Shown here piece by piece: positions 37,706 to 49,548 of a DNA stretch of 64,000 nt. This DNA comes from Marsupella aquatica. Lineage: Eukaryota > Plantae > Marchantiophyta. The notes below the pieces were generated by a model. It was not told the DNA's origin. It worked only from the letters and a program-made list of their open reading frames with translations, and searched no databases. The stretch covers positions 9,461,440 through 9,525,439 of the forward strand of contig OZ316894.1 of assembly GCA_973895155.1 (NCBI GenBank), given 5' to 3'. The position numbers were made by a program, and so were the translations under genes. Every line of letters begins with the position of its first letter. Positions within the stretch are counted from its first letter, which is position 1.

Positions 37706-40700
37706 TTACAAAACCTGCAATACGTCACGATGTCTAGAGAAACTCTCCAAAGGAATCACTTTGGTAAATGCGTCAGCCGGGTTGAGTTTACCATCAATCT
37801 TGACTAGCTCAAACAAATTATCAGACACAGCCTGCCTGATAAAATGGTACCTAACATCAATGTGCTTCACTCTGCTGTCCATCACCTGGTTCACAGCAAG
37901 GTGGAGCGCACTTTGACTATCACAATGGAGCTTCACATTCCCCTGTGGCAATCCCATTTCAGTGATAAGTCTATCCAACCAAATTGCTTCCTTTGTTGCT
38001 TCCGCAGCTGCAACATACTCCGCTTCTGTAGTAGACTGAGCAATACACTTCTGCAAAGTAGACCTCCAACTTATGCATCCACCGCCAAGTGTGAACACGT
38101 ATCCTGTTGTTGATCTCCTTCGGTCCAAATCTTGTCCATAGTCAGAATCAACATAGCCAATCAATGATTTAGCATTCTTTGCATTCGCATCAAATAAAAG
38201 ACCATGATCCATGGTACCCTTCAAGTACCTGATAATCCACTTCACTGCTTCCCAGTGTACCTTCCCTGGATTCGACATGTACCTGCTCACCTTGCCCATA
38301 GCTACCATGGCAAGATCAGGTCTAGTGCAAGTCATCAAATACATGAGACTCCCCACTGCCTTGTCATACGGAACCTTTGACATCAACCCCTTCTCTGTGT
38401 CATCCGTAGGACAGAACGCTGATGATAACTTGAAGTGTGGAGCCAACGGGGTACTTACTGGCTTGCTATTCCCCATGTTGAACCTTGCAATTACCTTCCT
38501 CGCATAACTGCTCTGCGTCAACCATAGCTTGCCAGCCTCCAAGTCCCTAGTGATCTCCATACCCAAAATCCTCTTAGCTGGCCCTAAGTCCTTCATCTTA
38601 AACTCTACACTAAGCAGTGCCTTGAGCTTAACAATCTCAGACCTATCCTTGGCTGCAATTAGCATATCATCCACATAAAGTACTAAAACAATGAACCCAA
38701 AGACAACATTCTTTACCGGTTTCAAATACACACAAGGGTCAAATACACTTTTGTGAAAACCTTGTGACCGAATCCAATCGTCAAACCGCTTGTTCCACTG
38801 TCTTGGTGACTGCTTCAACCCATACAAGGATTTCAGCAATCTGCAAACCAATTCCTCCTGTCCTCTCTTCACAAAACCTAGCGGTTGTCTCATGAAGATC
38901 ACCTCTTCCAATGTGCCATAGAGGAAAGCTGTGACAACATCCATCTGATCTAGCAGCAGACCAAACATTACAACAAGTACACACAATAGTCGTATTGTAG
39001 AGTACTTAGCAACTGGTGAGAAGACCTCATTGTAATCCACACCTTTTTCTTGTGTGAATCCCTTTGCTACCAATCTAGCCTTGTAGACCTTCGATCCACC
39101 TCCTATGGAATTATCCTTCAGCTTGTAAATCCACTTGCTGTCCACCACTTGCTGACCCTTAGGCAGCTTAACAAGCTCCCAAGTTTTGTTGTCCTTTAGT
39201 GACTGCATCTCCGTTTGCATTGCTGCAGTCCACTTTTGCTTCTCCTTTGAAGCACTTGCCTCATGAAATGAAGAAGGTTCCCCTTCTTCCAAAATTAACG
39301 CATCACCCTCATCATCAGCTGTAAAATCATCCTCTTGCAGTTGAGATGAATCAACCCACTGTCCATACCTTGGTGGAGCGCGTACAGTGCGACCATATGT
39401 TCTTCTAGCCGATGACTCCGGTTGATCTGCGTGTGCTGGTACAATTTGAAGCTCAACAACATCCACTTGCTGCTCACCAGCATCAACAAACTCCTCTGGT
39501 TCCTCTGGCACAGGAACCAGCTCCATAATTGGAGCAACTCTTTCTCTCCGGTCATGCACCTCATAACCAATCTCCCCCTCAACAAGATCCGGGATAGGAG
39601 ATTTTCCTTTGTCAGTACGGGAGACCTGAGTATTCTCCCCCTCCTTCAATAATCTGGATTCATTGAAGGAAACATCCCTACTGACAACGAGCTTACAGGC
39701 AATAGGATCCCATAGCCTATAGGCTTTCACACCACTCTGGTACCCAAGAAAAACACATTTTCTGGAGGTAGGATCCAACTTGGTCCTATTCTGCTTCGGT
39801 GTGAGAGCATATGCATCACTTCCAAAAACTACCAAGCCATGATAGTCTGCTTGCCGCTTATAGCGCATCTCAAACGGCGTTTTGAAATTGATAGCACTAG
39901 AAGGAGAAAGATTTACCAAATAAGCTGCGGTATTGACAGCTTCTGCCCAAAATTCTTGTGGTAAATCTGATTGGCTCAACATACTCCGTGACCGCTCCAA
40001 CAGTGTCCGATTGAGCCTCTCAACGACACCATTCTGCTGCGGAGTATAAACTATGGTGAGATGGCGAGTTATCCCCTGTTCTGAACAGTACTCTTCAAAT
40101 TCCATTGAAGTGTACTCCCCGCCGTTGTCTGACCTCAGATTCTTCACCCTTGTATCCAAACACTTGATCGTGTTTCCAATCTGATTCTCCACCTGGGCCT
40201 TCCACTTCTTAAAAATGGACAAGACATCAGACTTATGCGTCATGAAATAAATCCACACAAATCTTGAGTAATCATCAATAAATGATACATAGTACAACTT
40301 TCCAGAGTGTGAGGGAGTCGGGGATGGACCCCACACGTCACTATGTATGTACTCAAGAACCGCTTTGGAACGATGAGTTCCAACACCAAAAGCACGACGA
40401 TGCTGCTTTCCAAGAATGCAATGCTCACAAAACTCTAATTTACAAGATTGCAAATCAGAAATGAGTCCATTCTTACGTAAGATAGCCAAACCCTTCTCAC
40501 TCATGTGGCCTAGCCGTGAATGCCACAGTTGAGTCATCTCCTCGTGAGACTTGGTTACATTGGCCTCTCCACATACAGTATTGCCCTGTAACACATACAA
40601 ATTCTTTTGTCTACTCCCCTTCAAAATCACTGTCTCTCTCGACCTGACTTGAAGTTCACCATCAATAACGCTCCATTGATGACCATTTGAATCCAACACA

Positions 40701-42007
40701 CCGAGTGAAATCAGATTCTTACGCATGCCAGGTACATACCTGACTCCGGACACTGTGCGCACAGCGCCATCAAACATTTGAATCTTCACAGACCCAATTC
40801 CCTCAATTTGACAGGAGTGATCATTTCCCATCAGAACTGAACCGTTTGAAACAGAGTAAGAACTGAAAAACTCATGAATGTAACAAATATGAAAAGAGCA
40901 AGCACAATCAAGAATCCACACATCATCTGCTCTCCTAGATGACGTGCACAGGGCATACCCCCGGCTTCATAAAACATACTCATCATTGAGTAAATCAGCT
41001 TCTCCATCAGCCCTAGCCACATTTGCCGATGAAGTTTCCGCTGCCTTTCCCTTACAGTCTCGCTTGAAGTGTCCAACTTGGTTGCACTTCCAACATGTCA
41101 CCTGCCTCCTCTGAGGGGATTTACCCTTGGACTTAGATCTGGATTTAGATCTAAACTGGGTTTTACGGTCCCTAGTTGGTCGCTGCATACTCCTCCCACG
41201 GTTAACATTGAGGGCAGCACCAGATGATGAAGGCTGTGACGTGATGTGCATCTTCTGCTGAAGATCATCACTAAGCAGAGAACTTACCACGTCATTGTAT
41301 GAAATGGTATCCCTATCACGATGCAACAACACTCGTGATAGGGACTGGTAAGATGGAGGCAATGAACTAAGAAGCTGCAGAGCCTTCGTCTCATCATTTA
41401 AAGTCTCCCCAAGGTTTTCCAAGTCAACGACCATGTCGTTGAAAGCATCCACATGGTCTTGCAGCTTCGTACCAGATTCCTTCATCCTGAAACTCATCAG
41501 TTTGTAGGAAGTGTAGAGCCGGTTCAACAACTCCTTGCGGTGATACTTGCTCTACAATTCCGCAAACAAGGACATGCAATCCTTATGTGCACCCAACTGC
41601 TTGATGATGGGAGGCATGAGATAAAGTGTAACACACCACACTCCCTACTCCTGCATGCGGTCCCATTGTTTCTCATCAACATCGTCTTCACGAGGGCTCA
41701 GCAGTTGGCCCATCCCTGACGCATAAAGCACTCCCTTCACCTGCTTCTCCCATAGCAAGTAGTCAGAGCGTCCATCATACTTTGTCACTTCATACTTGGG
41801 TCCCCCAAGCTTGAAAGTCCCCATCTTCTTCTTTGGCACTACCATGAGCTCCGGTAGTAGTACTGCTTCCTCCACCACACGCCGCACCGGTGATGGTATC
41901 GGTGTCACGTGCTCTTCCTCCTGCTCCTCTCTCTGCCCCTGAAACCTCCGCGGTGATCCTCGTGCTTCAAGTTCCACGTCTTCAAAAAACTCCTCCGAAT
42001 CACTCAT
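37706..42007 (-). mobile_element. Ty1/copia gag-pol (Tnt1/Tork-like); pol open for 1071 aa, gag with in-frame stops
   Basis: Gag knuckle CWKCNQVGHFKRDC; protease WILDCACSFH; LWHSRLGHMS..CEHC; integrase HSDVWG / RSDNGGEY / ERLNR; RT YVDD; RNase H YVDSD..EAEY..CDSQSA..ADAFTK. All segments share one frame, with TAG (41645), TAG (~41552) and TGA (40967). Confidence 0.97.
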
Positions 42008-43146
42008 ATGAGAAAATCACAAAAAATGTTGTTTTTCACAACTTCTCAAAAAACTCGAAACTCAACACCGCCGCATAGCCCACAAAGCTAGGAGTCCAAT
42101 ACTGAAAACCGAAATCAAAATTGAAATTTGACGAAAAAGTTATTCAAATTTTGGTCGAAGTGGGTAAAACCTTGGGAAACTCCCCCGTTTTGACCACCTC
42201 AGGGAATAACCGAAATACCAAGTACAACCCATTGTCGGAATTGCGATGTGATTGGTGCACCGCGTTGCCAACTTCAATGGCTACGACCTCGCCAAAAAAT
42301 AACCAAAAAAGTTACCGTTCGGCGGATGAAATCTTTGTCGGACGGTCAAAAAATAGCTCTCTGGTTTTTTGGAATATTTTATGACCCTTGTACAGGCCCT
42401 GTGGGAATTTTGGAAGAACAATTGAGGGGCTTACACGTGTCCTCGAACCCCCAAAACCCCCTACCACCCTTCGTCGTCGAAATCTGGTCGCGAGCGCAGA
42501 AAATACACACGACAGAATGTACCCCTCGACACCAAATGCAAGATATCTCACTCGGGTTTTGACGAAATCAAGATCCAATTTCAGATTTGGAAACTAGACT
42601 CCGAGGCAGTGAAGATCGATATAAGAAGCACCCAAAACGAGGAAAGAACGAGTGAGAAAAAAATTGGTAAAGATGACAGATTTCTCTCAATTGCCATAGC
42701 CAATTTCGAATCAGTTTTTCAAAGAGAAAAAAATGGTACCTTGTCAACAACGAATGTTGATCAATTGCACTTGGTGCCGTCACCAAGTCCAACAAGGTAA
42801 TTGATTTTGCTTAGCCTTCCTCTTTGCATCAAAGAGCCAATCCCGGACTCAAAACAATCGTCTTGCCTCAATCTCTCCGTTGAGTCAAAACACTTGACGC
42901 TTCTCCCTCCGAGTCGATTGCCAACTTTCTTCACAAAATCCAGAATGACAAAAACTTAGATCTCTCTGCACCACGAGCTCCGTTCAGTGATTTCTTCACA
43001 CCGTTAGAAAGCTCTTGCCCTGATCTATCCGTTGAGCCCATAAACTCCAAGTTCCATGCAACGGAACTCTGGGAAATCCACCGACACTCAACGCTGGAAA
43101 AACCGTCATGAAATCTCGTCACGAACACACGTCACCTCCCAAGCAT

Positions 43147-43158
43147 GCTCTGATACCA
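43147..43158 (-). other. Primer-binding site complementary to initiator tRNA-Met
   Basis: Minus strand TGGTATCAGAGC, 2 nt from the LTR end. Confidence 0.92.
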
Positions 43159-43160
43159 AT

Positions 43161-43581
43161 TGTTGAGCATAGATGACGATCGCAATGGCAAGCCCATGAA
43201 CCATCCAACGCACAATAGTCGACACAAGAGATACGTGGTTCACCTCCTTGAGGCTACGTCCACGGGAACACACAAGAGAGCTTTACTGAACTCTAAGCCC
43301 GTCGGCTATACCGAGTCTCCACAGTGTAAGCTCTCCCTATCTCTCAAGTGGCTCCATAACAATGAGCCTTGGTTCTACCTCTCCAAGCACACATGCCTCT
43401 TATGATATAGTGTGCAACTTAGTTGTACCTAACCACATAGTTGTATCTAATCACGTAGTTGTACCTAACCACATAGTTGTACCTAACCACGTAGTTATAC
43501 CTAACCACGTAGTTGTACCAACCCACGTTGTTGTACCAACCACGTCATACCTAACCTAGACGTAAGAGTAAATACCCAACA
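43161..43581 (-). mobile_element. 5' LTR of the copia element (421 bp)
   Basis: TGTTG...CAACA termini next to the PBS; contains an 18-bp tandem array. Confidence 0.88.
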
Positions 43582-44226
43582 AAATGAAGGTAACGCAGCT
43601 CGAATAGGATCTGGTAATGATGACCGCGCCGCGCGCAAATGAACCTGAAATGGGAGGGAACCCTCCTCTACCTCCATGAGAGACGAAAGTAAAAAAGGTC
43701 GATCCTTAGTAAGAAAACGATCTGCCAACAATGAGAAGGCGGCCGCCCACGCACCCAAAAAGGCCAAAGGTGCAAGGCACTCAGTGGAAGTAAGCCCAAA
43801 ACCACCGTGAGAAATAGGAAGACTGAGCTGTCGCTGAAGCCACGGAGATGAGAGCAAAGTACTTGGCCCTAAAAGAGAAGCCAAAGTCTCACGAATGGAG
43901 ACATCAAACGCTCGGAGATGTAGATACAGATCCTCCGTAGGGGGATGTGTCTGAGCCAAATAGGACGCGCGAGGGTGGATGCATCGCAATAACAACCCAA
44001 ATGCTGCCTGAGAATCTCCTAATTTAGGGAGCATAGGAGTAGGGGCTAAGGCAGCCTGTAGAGCGTCAGCAATGAAAGATGAGCAAAAGGAGGCGGTACT
44101 GACTGGGGAGCCAAGGACCCGAAGACCGTCGTTTGGACGTAAGAACCCAGGGGGAGGCGCAAGATCAAAGAGCCAAGAACAAAGGGAGGAAAGGGAAAAG
44201 GCCCCAAGAAAACCAAAGTGGTCCAA
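43582..44226 (-). mobile_element. Fragment of a CRE-like (RLE-group) non-LTR retrotransposon, RT end/thumb region, cut by the copia LTR
   Basis: GLRVLGSPV, LLLRC..RASYLAQTHPP, QLSLPISHGGFGL..LAPLAFLGAW resemble the post-RT region of CRE-type elements; similarity ends exactly at the LTR edge. Confidence 0.7.
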
Positions 44227-44361
44227 CTAGCGAAAGAGTGCCCCACAACAACAGAGGAACAAAAAAACAAAGAACCCACAAAGCCTATAAGATTAACACT
44301 CTATTATGTTGGGCAATGGACCGAAAAGCTTCATAGAGCTCCAGAGTAAATTACATAGGAT

Positions 44362-44776
44362 TATCACTGAAAAGCCTAGTAGAGCTAGGGAGTAAACTGA
44401 TAGGAGTATCACCGAAAAAAGGAGCAAATAGAACCTAGAACTGAAAAGCATGGTAGAGCCCCATAAGTGAACTGCACTAGAGGGTCACAGGAAAAGGGGG
44501 CAAATGGAGAGGGGCAAATGAATGGTACTCTTGAAAATCTCATTTGCATGCTTTTTACCTAGAGCAAGAATATCACTGAAAAGCCTAGTAGAGCTAGGGA
44601 GTAAACTGGAGAGGAGCATCACCCAAAAAAGGGGCAAATGGAACCCAGAATTGAAAAGCCTGGTAGAGCCCCAAAAGTAAACTCCACTAGAGGGTCAGAG
44701 TAAAAGGGGGCAAATGGAGAGGGGGCAAATGATACTCTTGAAAATCCCATTTGCATGCTTTTTACCTAGAGCAAGA
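44362..44776. repeat. ~209-bp tandem duplication upstream of the LDIP-like gene
   Basis: TATCACTGAAAAGCCTAGTAGAGCTAGGGAGTAAACTG at 44362 and 44571; each unit ends TTTTTACCTAGAGCAAGAA. Confidence 0.88.
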
Positions 44777-45446
44777 AACCAGTAGAGGAGCTGAGAGGGC
44801 ATTCTGGAAAGATGAGATTGCTTCCATTTGTTAATGATTTCTGAGCGTTGGAAAGACAAAAACTCCTCGAGTCCTTTGCTTTGCTCTGAGGCGATTTCGC
44901 TTTCTCTGCTGGGCGCTTTGTGAAGGATTGAATGCATGGCGGAATCACGAGTCGCGTTGTGACGAAGATTGCCGTCCGGTTTGTAAATCGAATTTCTGTA
45001 CCACACACTTGGCCTGCAGACTCGCTGATCCTCTCCTCTCCGAAGCCGACGCCCGGCGCGCAGATAATTATCCGCTGGGTCTGACTGTAAAGGAGGGCGG
45101 CAGGGAGGGAGCTTGTTGAGTCTGCATGGTTGCTGACTCTGAAAAGCTCGACGAACGGATTGAACCTCTGATACTCGCATGACATCGGAGGAGCAATTGC
45201 CAACCCTGCCGGATTCTTTGTTTCTTTGTTTTTTGAAAGAGGATTAGCAGCGCTCAGGCCCGAGAGGCTTGCCGTGTGTGTCTGTTGAACGATTCAGACG
45301 ATCGAGCGATAGCTCAAGGACAATGTAGGTGGGATTTATTTGGATGAAACAATTGGACGTCGTGAGCCTTTTTTAGGATTGTTGCTGTAGATTGGATTTC
45401 TCAATTTCTGAATCGAAGTCGTTTGGCGGACTGAAATTGTAAGATC

Positions 45447-45450
<4 letters not shown>

Positions 45451-45500
<50 letters not shown>
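45451..45500 (+). repeat. (GA)25 microsatellite ending in the start-codon A
   Basis: Read directly from the sequence. Confidence 0.95.
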
Positions 45501-45503
<3 letters not shown>

Positions 45504-48340
45504 GGTCAGATGAATCATCCGCGTTGGAGAGCACGAGCCCGGCGCCAAGCCCCGACAGAGAAAGCGTCCTGGTGATCTTGCGGGACCTCATCGAAGACTT
45601 GCGGTATGGTGGCGAAGCAAGGAAGCACCAGTCGGCGCTGCAAACATACCGCGGTGTTATTGCAAAGGCAGTACCACGGGTTAATCGATCCGTGAGACTC
45701 ATGTCCACTGACCTCGTACGTTGGATGAATCGTGGTGGTCACTGGCGGGCTTTCTTGATCTTATCGGTAAGGCACCCGTCACTCTGTCTTCATTATTTTT
45801 ATCGTTGCTGTAGCTCTCCCTTTCGTTAGACTGCAATCTGTTTCTTTCGGTGTGTCGGTCGTGTGCTACTTTTCAGCTGAAAGTCACTGCATAACTTCTT
45901 CAACTCTGTTCTTCACTGTCTTCTTTCTTCCGCCTTGCAGATGAGACTTCATATGATTTGATTCGCGCAATGTGTCTGTTTACCAGTTGCCTTGCTTCCT
46001 TCTTGCTTCACTGCGAAATTCGGGCATTCTTTCCTATAGCTCTTGGTGGATGAGGCTGCAGTGCAAATGATGCATGCACTCTGTTTCTTTCTCTCTGCTT
46101 CCCGCACTCTGTTTCGTTCTCTGTAGCAGTCGTTTTTTTTCAATCGCATTTTATAGCACTAATCATAGAGAAAAGGTCAACCACTACTACAACAAAGTCA
46201 TGCAGCCCAGTCCCTCTCTGCATGTCATTTGTTTGCTGCTGGTTTGCTTCTGTAAGTTTGTCGTCCGCATGGTAAACTCAAAGGAGCTGAATTATCTGCC
46301 AATCACATTCCAGTTCGTAATTAAGGGTACTTCTTCTCAATCAGTTCTCACAACAATAGTTCTTCCTTGCTCAAACAGATTTCAACCTGTCTCAGAGACT
46401 TTGATCATTGTCCTGTGTTGCATGTGACCAACGACCGAGGGACCTGTGCCATGAATGAATTGTTGACGTTTGTACGAAGATCTGCTTTTCAGAATCGCGC
46501 ATCCAAAGATCGAGAGATCGAGGAAATGCGAGTGCAATTGTTGTCACCTGATCTTCATGATTTCTTTCGTGTGTTTCGGCACAGTTATTGATCAACTCCC
46601 GGTAGCCGAGGGAATAAGACAGTCTTGGGCGTTCAATTACTGTGGCATGCATATAGAGTCGGCAACATGCAAGGAGCTTCTTGAGAGCAGTGCACCTTCC
46701 TAGACATATCAACCCAAGACATGCAGATGTGCGGGGTAGTCCAGCTGTTTGGGATGGAGGTTTTTTGGAGTAATTTTCGATTGCTTTTTGTAACAGGAGC
46801 TGCCCTATCATAACCTACGTTGTTACAGACATACTGTACCGCTCCAGCTGCGAGAAAATACTTTGCCGTTTACAGTAATTGCAGTAGGAGTGGGGAAATT
46901 TTTTCTGCGACCAAAGTGGACCAAGAACTAGCTGGACCAAGAAAATTGGATTGCAATTTGTAAAATATTTTTCATGTGTCTAGGTTCTCCAGCGTTGGAG
47001 GCGGGCCAGACCCCCTAAAAGGACCAGTCCTCTTAGTGAACTCTGTTCTTTTCGGTGCTGCAGTCAATACGACTTGAACAGCCATAATTGTGTTGGGAAA
47101 TATAGCAATTCTGATCGTCTTACCTTTTCTCATGTAGAGAATTTGCCTGCGGATATGTCGAAGTATGAAAAAATCTATTGACGGACTTTAAGAAAATCAG
47201 ACGAATTCGTCTTCTTGTTTGTGGTTGTTTTACTCTGAAGTTTTCATCACTTTCCCTGTAGTGGATTTCTTTTAGCTTTTTCCAACTATATCCCACCAAG
47301 CGTACACCTTTGCACTCCTTAGCGCAACAGGACTCTTACATCCTCGAAAAAGGCAATTAATGGCATCCATCGACAAAAGGAAAGGAGGATATCGTATCCG
47401 GGATTGTCACCTTTTACAGTACTTCTCTGGTCTTTGTTCAATTCTTACAGGCCGTTCCTGGGCTGTCTTAATCTCTTCCAGCATTCCCCTCACGTTTCTC
47501 CGTAGAAGTCTAATTTGCTTTGCTGGGTTCTGACTAGCTATGCAGCTCTACCTTCCTAAATGAGGGACTCTTTTTAATGACCTGACTGGCATTTCGCCAA
47601 CGCGCCTTGTTTCATGCAGAGCGGGATTATAACTTCTATTAGCTTGAGCGGAATTTTCGTATTCCTGCTGTTTTTGATAACAGCAACGGTGAACACTATG
47701 ATTGTAGCACTGCTGGGGTCACTGGCAGCTGTCGGGGCTGTTGCTGCCCTTTTCTTCACTGCTCTCACGGGTATCTACATTGGGGTCCTGGCAATCGCTG
47801 CCTGTGTGATATCGACTGTCGTATTCTTTACCGTTGTTGCGGTGTTGACTGCTGCAGGTTCGTTGTCCTTCCTTCACTTTTCCTTGTTTCCGCTCACAAG
47901 CTAAGTATCACATTGGATTGTCTCTGCGTTATTTGCTATCGTTCGGTCGGGTGATTGCCTTTGAAGGCACTGCAGGGATTCAGTGTCGGGCGATGCAGTA
48001 AATTTTTAGTGGCTGTACCATTTGAGCACCAACATCTCTACTTGTATCATATACAGTCATTTCCTATTTCACGAGACGGCATTAAACTGAATGTTTCAAG
48101 CGAAGTAATCTGAAAGGGTCCGGGCATGTAGAACTGACTTTAATAGCTGGAACGAATCAAATTGTGCGAGGATTTTGAGCCACGTCTGATTGTGTTTTGG
48201 AACGAATGGATTTAATTGCGAATGCAGGCTGGATCGCATTCTTTTGGGTGGTCTGGCTGGGAGTCAGGAAGTTCGTGCAGATTGCTCAGGGATCACTTGC
48301 TTTCACAGCATCAACCTTTCAAAACACTGTCTCACTTTGA
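45500..48340 (+). CDS. LDIP: LDAP-interacting protein (LDIP)-like lipid-droplet membrane protein, 205 aa; exons 45500-45766, 47620-47857, 48228-48340
   Basis: DLVRWMNRGGHWRAFLIL, FLLFLITATVNTMIVALLGSLAAVG..ALFF.ALTGIYIG.L.IAA.VIST and AGWIAFFWVVWLG match my recollection of Arabidopsis LDIP; GT-AG junctions give 618 nt in frame. Confidence 0.82.
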
Positions 48341-49548
48341 AACTTACTCAGGCCAGCGGCATAGGTCGTGGGACACATCGCTTTGTGTAAGATTCAAGTT
48401 TTATGCAGCTGTAGGTAAAGCTTTGGCAGAGTTCATGACTGGGACAGTTTACAAGAGTTCCGTCTGCGCGGGTGTGGAAAAGTCACTCAGGATACCAAAT
48501 ATGCCTTCCTCGATCAATATGCATCTTGCTCGTGCGATCCATTTCCCGCGCGTATGCTATATAGGATAGAAGAAGAGCAAGATCTTCGGGAATGGGCACG
48601 AGTTTTCGAGCCTTTGTCCCACGGTGACGAGATCGTTGTCCATCTGTACATGAATATGAGAGCTTTTCTATTGGTAACCAGGGATCATGGATGTCGTTAT
48701 GACACGATGGACATTGATTTTTCCTTACATAGCTCGAGTCTAAGGCTATGTATCTGTCACAAATTACTTAGTTACAAGCAGTCGGTCTAGGCCGTGCCTT
48801 CACCCCCCATTAATGAGCACGCTCTAGGGGAAGGGAGAAGACCAGGGTTAGCGAGTACCCGCTCTAGGGGAAGGGAGAAGACCAGGGTTAGCGAGTACCC
48901 AACTCCCTGGAAGAAGGGAGAAAACCAGGATCTGCGGTACCCAATCTCATGACATACGTGCAAACTTTCAGAAGTCCTTGGCCCACTTTCAGCTGTTTCT
49001 TTGGGGGACTATTACGAAGCACCATCCTCGTCCATCATCAATGCAATACACCCTCTCAAATATAATTGCTTTTAGTCCTCGATCACTCGGAGAGTTAATC
49101 AACCTCAAAATGAGACTCGAACATTGAACAGACTGACAAAGGTGGGAAAGGAAAGAGCAGCTGCACAGCAACGGTTAAAATGGAGCAAAACGAGAGAGGA
49201 CACAACCTCACGCAAAGCCAGGTACGGTTCAATGAGTGGCATGAAAGAAGAATGAGAAAGGATTCGAGGATATTAAATCTAGCCACATCATTTTGTCGAC
49301 ACGACCAGAAAGTCTGCATGCTTTTCGCAGCCAGTGAGAGGCATCCATGAAGAATATAGGGCGCTGGAGGGTTCCAGCAACGAGTTTCTTGTCGCGTAGG
49401 TATCCTTGCTTAAATTTTCCGTTCAGACACTACCTTAGTAGGTGGGGAGATTCCGCAGAACTTATGTCGACTCGCTCACCGAGAGAAAGATACCCAAATC
49501 TTGAGGTAACTGCTAAGCTATTACTTTCTTCAGACATTGGCAATCTGT

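Noticed and set aside
40960-40975. In-frame TGA between copia gag and pol as a programmed readthrough site
   Set aside because: Two more in-frame TAGs lie within gag and all three fit C-to-T decay; there is no CARYYA readthrough context.
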